Origin: an archaeon
Lineage (GTDB): Archaea > Methanobacteriota_B > Thermococci > Methanofastidiosales > NM3
Direction: 5' to 3'
Length of the DNA stretch: 64,000 nucleotides
Assembly (NCBI GenBank): GCA_004212155.1
Contig: RXIG01000002.1
Coordinates: 47,993-111,992, forward strand
How positions within the stretch are numbered: the first letter of the stretch is position 1; each line of letters opens with the position of its first letter. A model generated the notes under the pieces. It was not told where the DNA came from. It searched no databases and worked only from the letters and a program-made list of their open reading frames with translations. Shown here in pieces: positions 1 to 9,121 of the stretch. A program made the translations under genes and the position numbers.

Positions 1-633
1 GAACTCGGATTCAGCAAGGACGAGGCCAAGGGCATCGAGGACGTCTACCAGGGCAACATGTACCTCAACATGACGCGCGGCGTTGTGCACATCGGAGAGG
101 TCCGCGAGCTTATAATGGAGGCGTTCCACTCCGTGATGGACAAGGGTATCGTCGCCGGTGAGCCCACGACAAAGCTCTTAGTCAAGCTCATGGACACGAA
201 ACTTCACGAGGACGCGATACACCGCGGTCCCTCGCAGGTCATCCCTGCCGTGCGCCAGGCGCTCTTTGCGGCCATCCTCTCGGCACAGCCGGTGCTCGAG
301 GAGCCGCTGCAAAAACTCTTCGTCACGGCCCCACAAGACTTCATGGGTTCTGTCACGAAGCTGATTCAGTCGCGTCGCGGCCAGATCCTGGACATGACGC
401 AGGAGGGAGAGCTTACCACCGTCATCGCCAAGACACCTGTAGCGGAGATGTTCGGATTCACAGGGGACATCCGCGGGTCCACGGAGGGCCGCGCGCTCTG
501 GACCACCGAACAGCTCGGTTATGAGCCACTTCCGCGAGAACTCCAGGAGCCCATCGTCCGCGAGATACGCATGCGCAAAGGCATGAAGCCCGAGCCACCA
601 AAGGCGGCCGACTATCAGAATCCGCAGGGGTAG
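1..633 (+). CDS. fusA: Translation elongation factor aEF-2, C-terminal part (5' end outside window)
   Basis: Frame open from base 1 (ELGFSKDEAKGIEDVYQGN...); diphthamide loop LHEDAIHRGPSQ; domain V SRRGQI...PVAEMFGF...IRGSTEGRA. Confidence 0.97.
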   Translation, partial: ELGFSKDEAKGIEDVYQGNMYLNMTRGVVHIGEVRELIMEAFHSVMDKGIVAGEPTTKLLVKLMDTKLHEDAIHRGPSQVIPAVRQALFAAILSAQPVLEEPLQKLFVTAPQDFMGSVTKLIQSRRGQILDMTQEGELTTVIAKTPVAEMFGFTGDIRGSTEGRALWTTEQLGYEPLPRELQEPIVREIRMRKGMKPEPPKAADYQNPQG

Positions 634-1439
634 GTGCAGTGCTCACGATAGTGGCATGCACCACACTTCTCTTTTTTTATCTCTACTTCTTTAGGTTCTT
701 CTCGTTGTTCTACGATACGTTTCACTTCATCAAGCAGCGCTAGCACGTACTCCTTATGCTCATCATCGATGAGAACTGGTACCTGCCTGTCGATAGCGGT
801 GTACTCGATGATGCCAAACGGTACGGGGCGGCCGCGCTGGCGCTCGAGGAGGAGCGCGTAGGCGGCAAGCTGGACCTGCTGTCCCGGCGTGGGCTCGTCA
901 TGGTATGCGCCCGTCTTGTAATCGACAGGCACAGGGCCGCTGCGCCGCTCATCGATCTTGTCGATGCGCCCGCGCAGCCCGAGAGGTCCGTCCTCGATCA
1001 TCTCCTCGGCACGCTGATCGGGCAGCACGATGTCGATCGCCGTTCGCACGTCGGTTGCAGCCATGGCACGTTTGATACGTGCTGCACGCACGATGCTTTC
1101 CAGCTTGAGCTCCTGTTTCAAAAACGACATGAGCTCGATGGGGTCGATGCCTGCCTTCTCGAGCCGAGGTCGGAACTTGAGCACGGCGTTCTTTGCACAC
1201 TGATACCCGTTTGAATAGATGATCGACTGGATCTCAGAAAAGGGAGTCGATTCTTCGAGTGCATTGGTGAGCACGATGCGCTCCCGCGCTTCCCGATCCT
1301 CGCGCACCTTGTGCAACACAGTCCCGCGCACCATTGCGGGAGTGGGCGGCACCTTTATGCGCCGCACCTTCTTGAGGTAGACGAGGTGGGGGCACCAGAC
1401 ATAGTCGCAGAGGTCAGTTACCGTTATCATGATACTCAC
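615..1439 (-). CDS. cas4: Cas4-like PD-(D/E)XK nuclease with Fe-S staple (solo, no CRISPR locus)
   Basis: N-terminal DYVWCP; RGTVLH; LRGRIDKI; VPVDYKTG; QLAAYALL; C-terminal CGACHYREHC. Confidence 0.88.
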   Translation of the reverse strand: MSIMITVTDLCDYVWCPHLVYLKKVRRIKVPPTPAMVRGTVLHKVREDREARERIVLTNALEESTPFSEIQSIIYSNGYQCAKNAVLKFRPRLEKAGIDPIELMSFLKQELKLESIVRAARIKRAMAATDVRTAIDIVLPDQRAEEMIEDGPLGLRGRIDKIDERRSGPVPVDYKTGAYHDEPTPGQQVQLAAYALLLERQRGRPVPFGIIEYTAIDRQVPVLIDDEHKEYVLALLDEVKRIVEQREEPKEVEIKKEKCGACHYREHCTYPCGF

Positions 1440-2220
1440 ATGTGGAGACGTAGTGGCACGTGTCGCACGACGATGTGTTCGGAGAGAACTGCGAGCACTG
1501 TGCGATCATCGAGCGGAAGCTCTTGACCTGTTCCTTGGTCCCTTCGTCGATGGGTATGTAAAAGGAGCGGTCACATGCGGTGAGATAGGCCGCCGATAGA
1601 GGCACCTCCTCGCCCAGTTCGAACGAGACCAAAAGCGCGTTCGCCTTGAGCGCCATCGTGAGAAGTTCCTCCTGACGCGATGTAGGGAGCATCCAGGGTA
1701 TGAACTGTATGGGAACCGGTCCATGGGGCATGCGGGCAATGAGTGACACCGTCCCGACAATGCGGTGCCGGTAGTCGACGATGCGGCGCGCGACCATCTC
1801 GGGCGGATGGGCGACAATGTTTGCAAACTCGTCGCCACATGCGCCGCTGCGCCGGATGCACTCTCGGCAGGCCTGTTCATGAACCATGCGTTCCCGAGAG
1901 AGCTCGTGGGCGACACGGCGTTCGACAGCCTCGTAGTCGATGTGGTCCAGGTGGCGCGAAGCGCGCGATATGGCATGGGCCACGGCTACGTCGGTGAGTG
2001 CGTCGTATGCCTCCGTCACACTGTCTGGTCCCGTCGCGTGCATTGAAAGCTCATCACGCTCGTGCGCATAGAATGCTTCGCGCGCGCTGGTGGCAATCAG
2101 CTGCCATATCCGGTCATCGCTCGGGTCGGGGTACGTTCGTTTGATTGTCGAGAGGTAGTATCTGTATGGGCACGCACAAAACTGCAGCACCGCCTCGTTG
2201 GATAGATACCGCCTTGCCAC
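1414..2220 (-). CDS. Catalytically degenerate Cas4-like paralog
   Basis: Colinear with the neighbouring Cas4 (QFCACPYRYYL ... CDTCHYVSTC), but nuclease motifs are replaced by GTVSLI / VPIQFIP / ALKANALL. Confidence 0.75.
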   Translation of the reverse strand: MARRYLSNEAVLQFCACPYRYYLSTIKRTYPDPSDDRIWQLIATSAREAFYAHERDELSMHATGPDSVTEAYDALTDVAVAHAISRASRHLDHIDYEAVERRVAHELSRERMVHEQACRECIRRSGACGDEFANIVAHPPEMVARRIVDYRHRIVGTVSLIARMPHGPVPIQFIPWMLPTSRQEELLTMALKANALLVSFELGEEVPLSAAYLTACDRSFYIPIDEGTKEQVKSFRSMIAQCSQFSPNTSSCDTCHYVSTCEYHDNGN

Positions 2221-3051
2221 TCAATCACCGTCTATCTCCAGTGACATGTCCACGGCCGTCACCGAATGCGTGAGCGAGCCCATCGAGACGATGTCGACGC
2301 CCGTGTCGGCGTAGTCTGCTATGGTGTCTTTGGTTATCATGCCCGATGCCTCGAAGAGCGCCTTGTCGTGCCCCTCTTCCCTGAGGGTCGCGATGACCGT
2401 GCGGATCTCGCCAGGGGTCATGTTGTCCAGCATGATGATGTCTGCACCCGCAAGTGCAGCCTCACGCGCCTGGTCAAGCGTCTCTGCCTCGACCTCTATT
2501 CGTTTCGAAAATGAGAATTCTCTTGCCTGTCGCACCGCCTCTGTGATGCCCATTAGCTTGATGTGATTATCCTTGATGAGGAACATGTCGTCGAGGCGCC
2601 ATCGGTGGGGGTCGCCCCCTCCCGCTATGATCGCCATCTTGTCGAGCTGCGGAAAGAGCGTCTTTCGCGTGCCAGCGACCTTCACGTGAGGGCCTGCCAG
2701 ATCGACACAGGTGCGCGTTGCGGTGGTAATGCCGCTCATGTGCTGTAGCACGTTGAGCACGGTGCGTTCGGCCGTGAGGATGTCCCTGATGTCGCCTTCA
2801 AGCGTGCATAGCGTCGTTCCTTCGTTGACAAACGATCCGTCGCTTACACAGAGCTGCGTGCGAACGTTGCATGTCGCAAGCAGGTCGCAAGCGACCCCCA
2901 GGCCGGAGATGTATGCGTCTTGTTTCACGCGTATGCTTGCACGCACCTCCCTGGGAGCGAGAAGCTCGGTGGTGATGTCGCCATATCCGATGTCGTTGTC
3001 CAGAAGCGTTCGCAGGGCCCCTATATCCATGTGTATCAATGGCCCTTGCAC
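2221..3051 (-). CDS. nadC: Nicotinate-nucleotide pyrophosphorylase (carboxylating)
   Basis: DIGYGDITT, AERTVLN, GTRKT, HRWRL, IKDNH, IMLDN, EASG, SMGSLTH; start may be the ATG at 3030. Confidence 0.96.
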   Translation of the reverse strand: MQGPLIHMDIGALRTLLDNDIGYGDITTELLAPREVRASIRVKQDAYISGLGVACDLLATCNVRTQLCVSDGSFVNEGTTLCTLEGDIRDILTAERTVLNVLQHMSGITTATRTCVDLAGPHVKVAGTRKTLFPQLDKMAIIAGGGDPHRWRLDDMFLIKDNHIKLMGITEAVRQAREFSFSKRIEVEAETLDQAREAALAGADIIMLDNMTPGEIRTVIATLREEGHDKALFEASGMITKDTIADYADTGVDIVSMGSLTHSVTAVDMSLEIDGD

Positions 3052-3069
3052 GATATAACGATTTCGGTC

Positions 3070-5319
3070 CTATCCCGTCAATGCCCCGTAGTCGATCTCA
3101 AGAATGTAGACCTTGTTGCGGGGATTTGACGTGTCCTCGTAGATGACTGTAAAGGCGTCGTTATTGAAGAACTTGTTCCAATTGACCGGCACGCCAAATC
3201 CGCCGCCGCGATAGGCTCCAAGCCATCCGCGCGTGGCCATGTTGTCAGAGATGTAGACGTGGGTGATCCCGTAGCGCTCCCCTATCGTTTTTGTGAGCCC
3301 GGGGTCTGATGTTTTGTAGAAGTCGTAGATGTCGTCCTGGACCTGTGCTGGCGCCTTGATGTAGTCGTTGAAGTCGATGTTGCGCAGCGGGAACAGTCCT
3401 CCGATGAGCGAACGGCCTGCGCACACACCGCTAATCATCTGTCCCGTATAGTAGTCGGCCACGATGAGGTCGTCGCGTTCTGAATTCGCCTTGAACCACA
3501 CGGCTGCGTCGTAGTCCTCGATGAGGACGCCCGAGTTTGTGATCTTGGTGTCCATGTCGTAGTCGGGCACAGAGAATCCTGTGAGTGTGAAGTAGCCGAT
3601 GCATGCGAGAAATATCATGAATCCATAGGCGAACGCGCGCTTGTGCTTGCGCAGTTCCATGATAAACAGCGACGAGAGCAAAGCGAACGGTTGTGCGAGG
3701 AAGATATAGAAACGATACCCCTCGAGGGGCCGCACCGTCGTCTCCCACATGAGCCCGTATTCACGCACGATGGAGAGGATGTTCTCACTGAATACCTCAT
3801 AGAGCATGAAGATCGTCCAGAGGATGAGAAATGTCTCGAAGGCATTGTTGAGTATGAAGCTTGTGCTCTTCTTGTCGGTCTGGTAGGAGAACAGCAGTGG
3901 TATGAATATGATGGCGAGCACGCCAAGCAGCGCGCGCGTGGTGAGGAAACGCTCTGCGATGTCACGCAGCCCTATGGCAGCTGAAGTGTTCGTCGCTATG
4001 AGCGAGGTCGCAACGACCAGCAACACAAACGATGCGAACGTCAACAGCGGGGGTGCCCCGTGCCAGCGCCGCGCCAGGGGTGCGCTAATGATGGGGATGG
4101 CAAGAAACACGAACAGGACGACGACGAGGCTTACGATCGCAAGATAGCTTGGAGAAAACGAGCTCTGGTAGAAGATGAACGTCTTCGTCCAGGCGCCGAT
4201 GTTCCCTGCGTTATGCGTGAAGAATGTGGCTATGGCGCCTATGAGCAGGGCATCGATCATGGCGACGATGAGCGCGAATGCGCGCGATGTCTTGAACGCC
4301 GTCACGAAGAGGAACGCGGCTATGGCGGCAAGCATCGAGACGACAGGCGTCGTGACGGTCTTGCCCGCGAATATGCCGCACAAGGCTGAGAGTATGATCG
4401 TGAGCACGGCGATGTGCCATGGATTTGACGTCGTGTCCCTGTTGACATATGAGAGACGGTCGACGAGAAGGTAGCCGAATCCGATGAATCCGAGTATCAT
4501 GAACGGTGCGCCGTAGGCGGTGAGGTGTGAGCCGAACGTCTGGAGCAGCGTGGATGTCGTGATGATAAATATCCACCAGTAAAACAGGAAGTCGGGCAGC
4601 CACCACCAGCTCGAGATGATAAGGCTCACCACGAGGGCGATGGCGGTGAACTTGATCTCATTGCGCACGGGACGCCTGTCCAACTTGAGCGCTATGAGGT
4701 AGAGCAGCATGAGGCCCACCGTAATGAAAAAGGAGAGATGGGTGAGGAAGTTGATCCCAAGCAGCACCCCTATCCCGAGCGCCGCGTTGCGCGAGAACCC
4801 GTATCTCTGCCGTGACAGGTAGACGAGCACAACGGGGATGACCATGAGCGTGATCACCTGCGGGTCGGCTATGGCGCTGTACAGTATGAACGAAGGTGTG
4901 ATGGCGAGGATGATGAGTGCGATGCGTGCTACCATCTTGTCGTACCATTCACGCACAAGGAAGTAGAAAGGAATGGGGGTGAACGCCTCGATGAAAGGCA
5001 CGATGCGGGTCATGACGGTGGGAAGGTCCATGCCCGAGATGACCGAGAGGCCTGCGAACCCTACCATCGAGAGGGGCGGATACCAGAGCGGGACATCGCC
5101 GTAGGGGATGTATCGAATGTCTGGTATGGGCAATGAATGGTAGTCAAGGATGTGTTGAGACATGCAGATCCTATACCAGACGTCGCCGAGGAAGACGGGA
5201 AGATGGCTGTCCATCTCGAGCTTCGGGGCCAGGCGTATGAAGACGCCAAATCCGTAAATTATCAGGATAAGGAGGATATCGTGGTCTTTGAGCCATTGTA
5301 AGAGGGATTTGCCTTTCAT
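3070..5319 (-). CDS. Multi-pass membrane glycosyltransferase, GT-C fold (STT3/AglB- or PMT-like)
   Basis: Luminal loop GDVWYR...YPP, many TM helices, C-terminal soluble domain DYDAAVWFKANS..DLIVADYYTG..YGITHVY. Confidence 0.65.
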   Translation of the reverse strand: MKGKSLLQWLKDHDILLILIIYGFGVFIRLAPKLEMDSHLPVFLGDVWYRICMSQHILDYHSLPIPDIRYIPYGDVPLWYPPLSMVGFAGLSVISGMDLPTVMTRIVPFIEAFTPIPFYFLVREWYDKMVARIALIILAITPSFILYSAIADPQVITLMVIPVVLVYLSRQRYGFSRNAALGIGVLLGINFLTHLSFFITVGLMLLYLIALKLDRRPVRNEIKFTAIALVVSLIISSWWWLPDFLFYWWIFIITTSTLLQTFGSHLTAYGAPFMILGFIGFGYLLVDRLSYVNRDTTSNPWHIAVLTIILSALCGIFAGKTVTTPVVSMLAAIAAFLFVTAFKTSRAFALIVAMIDALLIGAIATFFTHNAGNIGAWTKTFIFYQSSFSPSYLAIVSLVVVLFVFLAIPIISAPLARRWHGAPPLLTFASFVLLVVATSLIATNTSAAIGLRDIAERFLTTRALLGVLAIIFIPLLFSYQTDKKSTSFILNNAFETFLILWTIFMLYEVFSENILSIVREYGLMWETTVRPLEGYRFYIFLAQPFALLSSLFIMELRKHKRAFAYGFMIFLACIGYFTLTGFSVPDYDMDTKITNSGVLIEDYDAAVWFKANSERDDLIVADYYTGQMISGVCAGRSLIGGLFPLRNIDFNDYIKAPAQVQDDIYDFYKTSDPGLTKTIGERYGITHVYISDNMATRGWLGAYRGGGFGVPVNWNKFFNNDAFTVIYEDTSNPRNKVYILEIDYGALTG

Positions 5320-5333
5320 GCTTTGTTCCGTCC

Positions 5334-7478
5334 TTACTGTGTTGACAGGTCGTCTATGTTGGTGGCATAGATGTCCGGGTTGTCCTCTGCCGTTCCCGTC
5401 TGCATGCCGTCAAGGTCGTTTCGCCAATCGACCCACACGATGTATGTGGCATATACCTCAGGGCGTTCCTGATCGAGGACTGATGTCGTTACCTGGCGAA
5501 TCGTGCCGCTCTCGATGTCGTTGAGGTAGATGTCCTTGTTGCCGTTGCGGTCGTCCTCCCAGACGATGTACTGTCCGTACACCGACGGATTGATCTGATT
5601 GGTGGGGCTGCTTGTCACCTGGGTCTGCACATTCGTTGTCAGATTGTACCTGAAGATGTCCCAGTTGCCGTTTCGATTGTCCTCCCAGACGACAGTATCG
5701 CCATGGATCGATGGATTGAACTTGATCGACCGTCCGCTTGTGATCGTGCTTTCGTTACCCGTGGCGATGTCGTAGCTAAAGATGTTGAACTCCCCGAACC
5801 TGTTGTCGAGCCATATGATCGTATCATCGTAGATGCGCGGAGAGGTCTGGAACGGTTGCAGCTCGGGGTCGTCCATGGTGATGCGCTCCTCTTTTCCGTC
5901 CTCGATGTCGTACATGTAGATGTCCGAGTTGCCGTGGCGGTCGTCCTCCCAGACGATGACCGAGCCGTAGATGTCGGGATTCGTCTGATTGAACGGGTCG
6001 TTTGTGATACGCGAGGTCGCTCCGCTCTCGATGTCGTAGAGATAGATGTCCCAGTTGCCGTTTCGATTGTCCTCCCAGACGACCTTGCCCTGCCATGTGC
6101 GAGGATGGCGCTGATCGTTAGGGTTGTCGCTTAGGTTTACCTCGTCCGACGAATCGAGGTATTTGATGAAGATGTCCCATTTGCCATCCCTGTTGTCTTC
6201 CCACAGGAAAAACGCCCCTGCTCCCTCCATCTCCCCCATCACGGGGTTGTCCTGGTCTGCGAGGCTGCGCGTCACGGGAAATGTCAGGTCTCCCGTCGGT
6301 TCTATGGCCGTCTCGTCAAGCGCATAGACGGTAAGCGCAGTTATGACGAAAATGCCGATGAAGAGGGTGAGTATGCCTCGCCCACCGATGGGCAATCGCC
6401 TCTGTTTGCTTGTTTCCCTCTTTATCTTCGAGCGCTGGATGAGCGAGACACCGATGCCCATCACGGAGAGGAATCCGATCACGAGCAGCGAGAACACCAT
6501 CTCGTTGCGTGTTATCTCGTTTTGGGTAAATGATGTGTACTGATATATGGTGCCAAAGATGCCACATGCCAGGATGAAGACGATGAGATGGTTCCATATA
6601 TAGTTGAATCCCCGCGTGTATGCGCTGATGACGTTGCCGGCAAGCGCCGCGAGGATGCCTATGTAGAGCAGCGGGAACGAACCATCGAAGAAGACGGTGA
6701 AGACGTAACGCACCGATTCCCAGTTGAGGTAGGGCACCATGCCCCATTTGATGTTCTGGAATCCGTTGTAGGCGCCATACGCTGCGATGACGAGCGCTAC
6801 GCTGTAGGCGATGAGCTTGATCTTTCTGGGCGTTATGCGCTCCCTGACGTAGTCGTCGACGCCAAACCCCTTGGCAAAGAGGTAGATGCCGACGATAGAG
6901 AACGTCGAGAACCACCCATACTTGGTGAACTCGGGAAAGAGGTAGGTGAACGCGTAGATCAGGATAATGATGCCGGGCAGCCCGAGAAGCAGTCCCGATA
7001 CCTTGCGGTCCTCCATCATACGCTTGAGATAGCGGTGGAGGATGAAATAGGTGTCCTCCAGGCTCTCGCTTTGTTGCACCGTGACCCGTTCGATGGACAC
7101 GAGTGACAACTTCGATTGGAGTATGGGAAGGATGTTCTCGTCCTCCCTGCCGTCGGTCACCAGGATGGTGTTGCGCGTGTCATAGAGCGAGATGATCGTG
7201 TCGAGCTGCTCGGATATGACCATGTCTGATGTGACACCGACCTGCTTGTCGCCCGTCACACATGCAACATATACCTCGCGCCCCTCGGCCTCGAGCTGGT
7301 CGTAGAGCTTGATGCAGTGGAAAAGGACGTTGGTGTCAGATTCCGTCGGGTCCTTCACTCCCAGGGCAAGCGCAGTATCCATAAGTGCCTTTTTTCCCAG
7401 AATAGGGCCATTTATGCCTGTTTTATCTCCAATATCGTTGTCTCTGTCGACACCGAGAACGAGAATTTTTTTTTCCAC
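5334..7478 (-). CDS. DUF373-family membrane protein fused to a beta-propeller repeat domain
   Basis: N-terminal LVLGVDRDNDIGDK..DPTESDTN..VTDGRED..VQQSE (DUF373); C-terminal repeats of consensus VWEDxRNGNWDIYxYD. Confidence 0.8.
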   Translation of the reverse strand: MEKKILVLGVDRDNDIGDKTGINGPILGKKALMDTALALGVKDPTESDTNVLFHCIKLYDQLEAEGREVYVACVTGDKQVGVTSDMVISEQLDTIISLYDTRNTILVTDGREDENILPILQSKLSLVSIERVTVQQSESLEDTYFILHRYLKRMMEDRKVSGLLLGLPGIIILIYAFTYLFPEFTKYGWFSTFSIVGIYLFAKGFGVDDYVRERITPRKIKLIAYSVALVIAAYGAYNGFQNIKWGMVPYLNWESVRYVFTVFFDGSFPLLYIGILAALAGNVISAYTRGFNYIWNHLIVFILACGIFGTIYQYTSFTQNEITRNEMVFSLLVIGFLSVMGIGVSLIQRSKIKRETSKQRRLPIGGRGILTLFIGIFVITALTVYALDETAIEPTGDLTFPVTRSLADQDNPVMGEMEGAGAFFLWEDNRDGKWDIFIKYLDSSDEVNLSDNPNDQRHPRTWQGKVVWEDNRNGNWDIYLYDIESGATSRITNDPFNQTNPDIYGSVIVWEDDRHGNSDIYMYDIEDGKEERITMDDPELQPFQTSPRIYDDTIIWLDNRFGEFNIFSYDIATGNESTITSGRSIKFNPSIHGDTVVWEDNRNGNWDIFRYNLTTNVQTQVTSSPTNQINPSVYGQYIVWEDDRNGNKDIYLNDIESGTIRQVTTSVLDQERPEVYATYIVWVDWRNDLDGMQTGTAEDNPDIYATNIDDLSTQ
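5654..6083. repeat. Intragenic repeats of the beta-propeller coding region, including a 40-nt perfect duplicate
   Basis: agatgtcccagttgccgtttcgattgtcctcccagacgac at 5654-5693 and 6044-6083. Confidence 0.85.
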
Positions 7479-7712
7479 GCTTTATCCCCTTTATATGCGG
7501 CAATCGTAGTGTTTTCTATAAATGATTGTCTATAAAAAGTTTCTCTTCTTGTGGCTTGCACATAACGGCAACTTTGAACATAAAGGCCCAATTGGCTGAA
7601 CATGAAGCTATGGCAATTTCCCATTGTTATAGGCTATTCCATACATATTCACTGTATGCGTTCTCATCCTAGTCTCTTTCGTGTACGCATATCAAACGCG
7701 CCAGGTGGCGCT

Positions 7713-7870
7713 GCGGGACTGCGTGTTCGCAGAGGCCTGTTCATACCGGCGACGGCAGCGTTGCCAACGCTGACGTGAACGTAGCATACTACATACTGAG
7801 AAAGACATTTCCCAATGCGTTTGCGGGGATAGAGGATGCCATCTCGCATCCGGCACGCATGCCGCAGGCA
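7713..7870 (+). pseudogene. tnpB: Frameshifted C-terminal remnant of an IS200/IS605- or IS607-family TnpB
   Basis: AGLRVRRGLF, then a 1-nt deletion near 7743, then TGDGSVANADVNVAYYILRKTFPNAFAGIEDAISHPARM; matches the TnpB tail RGLF..NADVNGAxNIxRK..PNAF..GIE. Confidence 0.75.
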
Positions 7871-8089
7871 CTGCGTGCGAACGCACATGAAAAGATGCGA
7901 CCTTATGTGCGAAGCCCCCTCTTGTAGAGGACCCAGGTAGGCCTACGTGATGGCCCACTCTTTCAAAAATGCGACGCATGGCGACAATGCTATCAAAAGG
8001 TCGTATGCATTGATTATTTAAATGGCGCATGACCTCGTGGCCACTACGCATTGAAAATGAACAAAATCAGGAGGGTATGGAGTGTATTG

Positions 8090-8977
8090 CTAAAGGAAGT
8101 TGGATTCCTGTAGAATCCGCACTTCCTCGGTGCTTAGCTTCTCGCCGCTAATGAATCGGTCGTAGAGGTCTTTTGCCTGGACGTTGATCTCGTCCATCAT
8201 CTTCTTGTTCTCTCTTTCCTTTTCCTTCGTGCGGCGGACATGTCCTTCAGCCTTTTTCTCGCCAATCTTGTCCCTGTGCCTGTTCATCTGGTCGCGTATC
8301 TTGCGAAGCTCGGCATAGGTGTTGTTGAGCACGGACTTCTTCGCTAAAAAGTCCTGATGCGCCTTGTCCGCCACCTTCTTGGTCTCGGATGCGCGCTGAG
8401 AGTAGTATGTTACTCGCTCGTGATATTTGGCTGATTCCTGTGAGAACTCAACAACCTTTTCGTGTTCGGCATCGATATCCTTGCGAAGCTCGGATATCTG
8501 TTCGCGCAAGCTCTTGATCTTGTCACGCGTCTCCTTTGAGAGCTTCGTAGACTCAAGGTCCTTGCGCATATCGGCTATGTGAGTTATGAGCTTATTTTCC
8601 TCTTTGAGAGAGAGGACTGATGTTTCAAGTTTCCATTCCATCTCATCGATGCGCTTTTGCAGCTTGAATGGATTGGGAGAGGAACCGTCCTCATCGGTAA
8701 GTTCCTTCTTTATGCCCTTTAGCTCATCCTTTAGCTTAGAGAGTTCTTTGCGCTTTTCATCGCGTCGTTCCTTGTAGGCGGCAACTTCCTTGTTGGCCTC
8801 GTCCCTCTTCTCCTTAGCTTCCTTGAGCTGAGCCAATAACTCCTTGAATTGTTTATTGTTTTCATCTCTCTTTTTGATGCTTTCTTCTATTTCTGTCTTG
8901 AGAATATCGATTTTGTCTCTGAGCTCCTGATGTGATGTCTTTAATGTTCCAAGCTCTTTGTATAAGTCGTCTTCCAA
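8090..8977 (-). CDS. Archaeal coiled-coil protein (COG1340-like)
   Basis: Lys/Glu-rich heptads; IDEMEWKLETSVLSLKEENKLI; C-terminal GEKLSTEE; TTG start with GGGGGAG SD. Confidence 0.75.
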   Translation of the reverse strand: MEDDLYKELGTLKTSHQELRDKIDILKTEIEESIKKRDENNKQFKELLAQLKEAKEKRDEANKEVAAYKERRDEKRKELSKLKDELKGIKKELTDEDGSSPNPFKLQKRIDEMEWKLETSVLSLKEENKLITHIADMRKDLESTKLSKETRDKIKSLREQISELRKDIDAEHEKVVEFSQESAKYHERVTYYSQRASETKKVADKAHQDFLAKKSVLNNTYAELRKIRDQMNRHRDKIGEKKAEGHVRRTKEKERENKKMMDEINVQAKDLYDRFISGEKLSTEEVRILQESNFL

Positions 8978-9121
8978 CTTGACTCCCCCGTAGAATTAGT
9001 CATACTTTATGACATCCCTTTTTAAATTTTACCGTCTCGGACCCGTGTAGCCTCTTCATACCACCCCTCGGGGAGTAGTTAATTTTTTATAATAGCCGGC
9101 ATTATGTCTCGATGGTGTTCC

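Noticed and set aside
5400-6200. Regularly spaced nucleotide repeats near the Cas4 genes, considered as a CRISPR array or DGR template/variable pair
   Set aside because: They are in-frame coding repeats of beta-propeller blades with a period of about 120-140 nt. There is no repeat-spacer structure, no adenine-specific mismatch pattern and no reverse transcriptase.
7664-8051. Minus-strand ORFs 7664-7888 and 7692-8051
   Set aside because: No recognisable protein features; they are antisense to the TnpB remnant.
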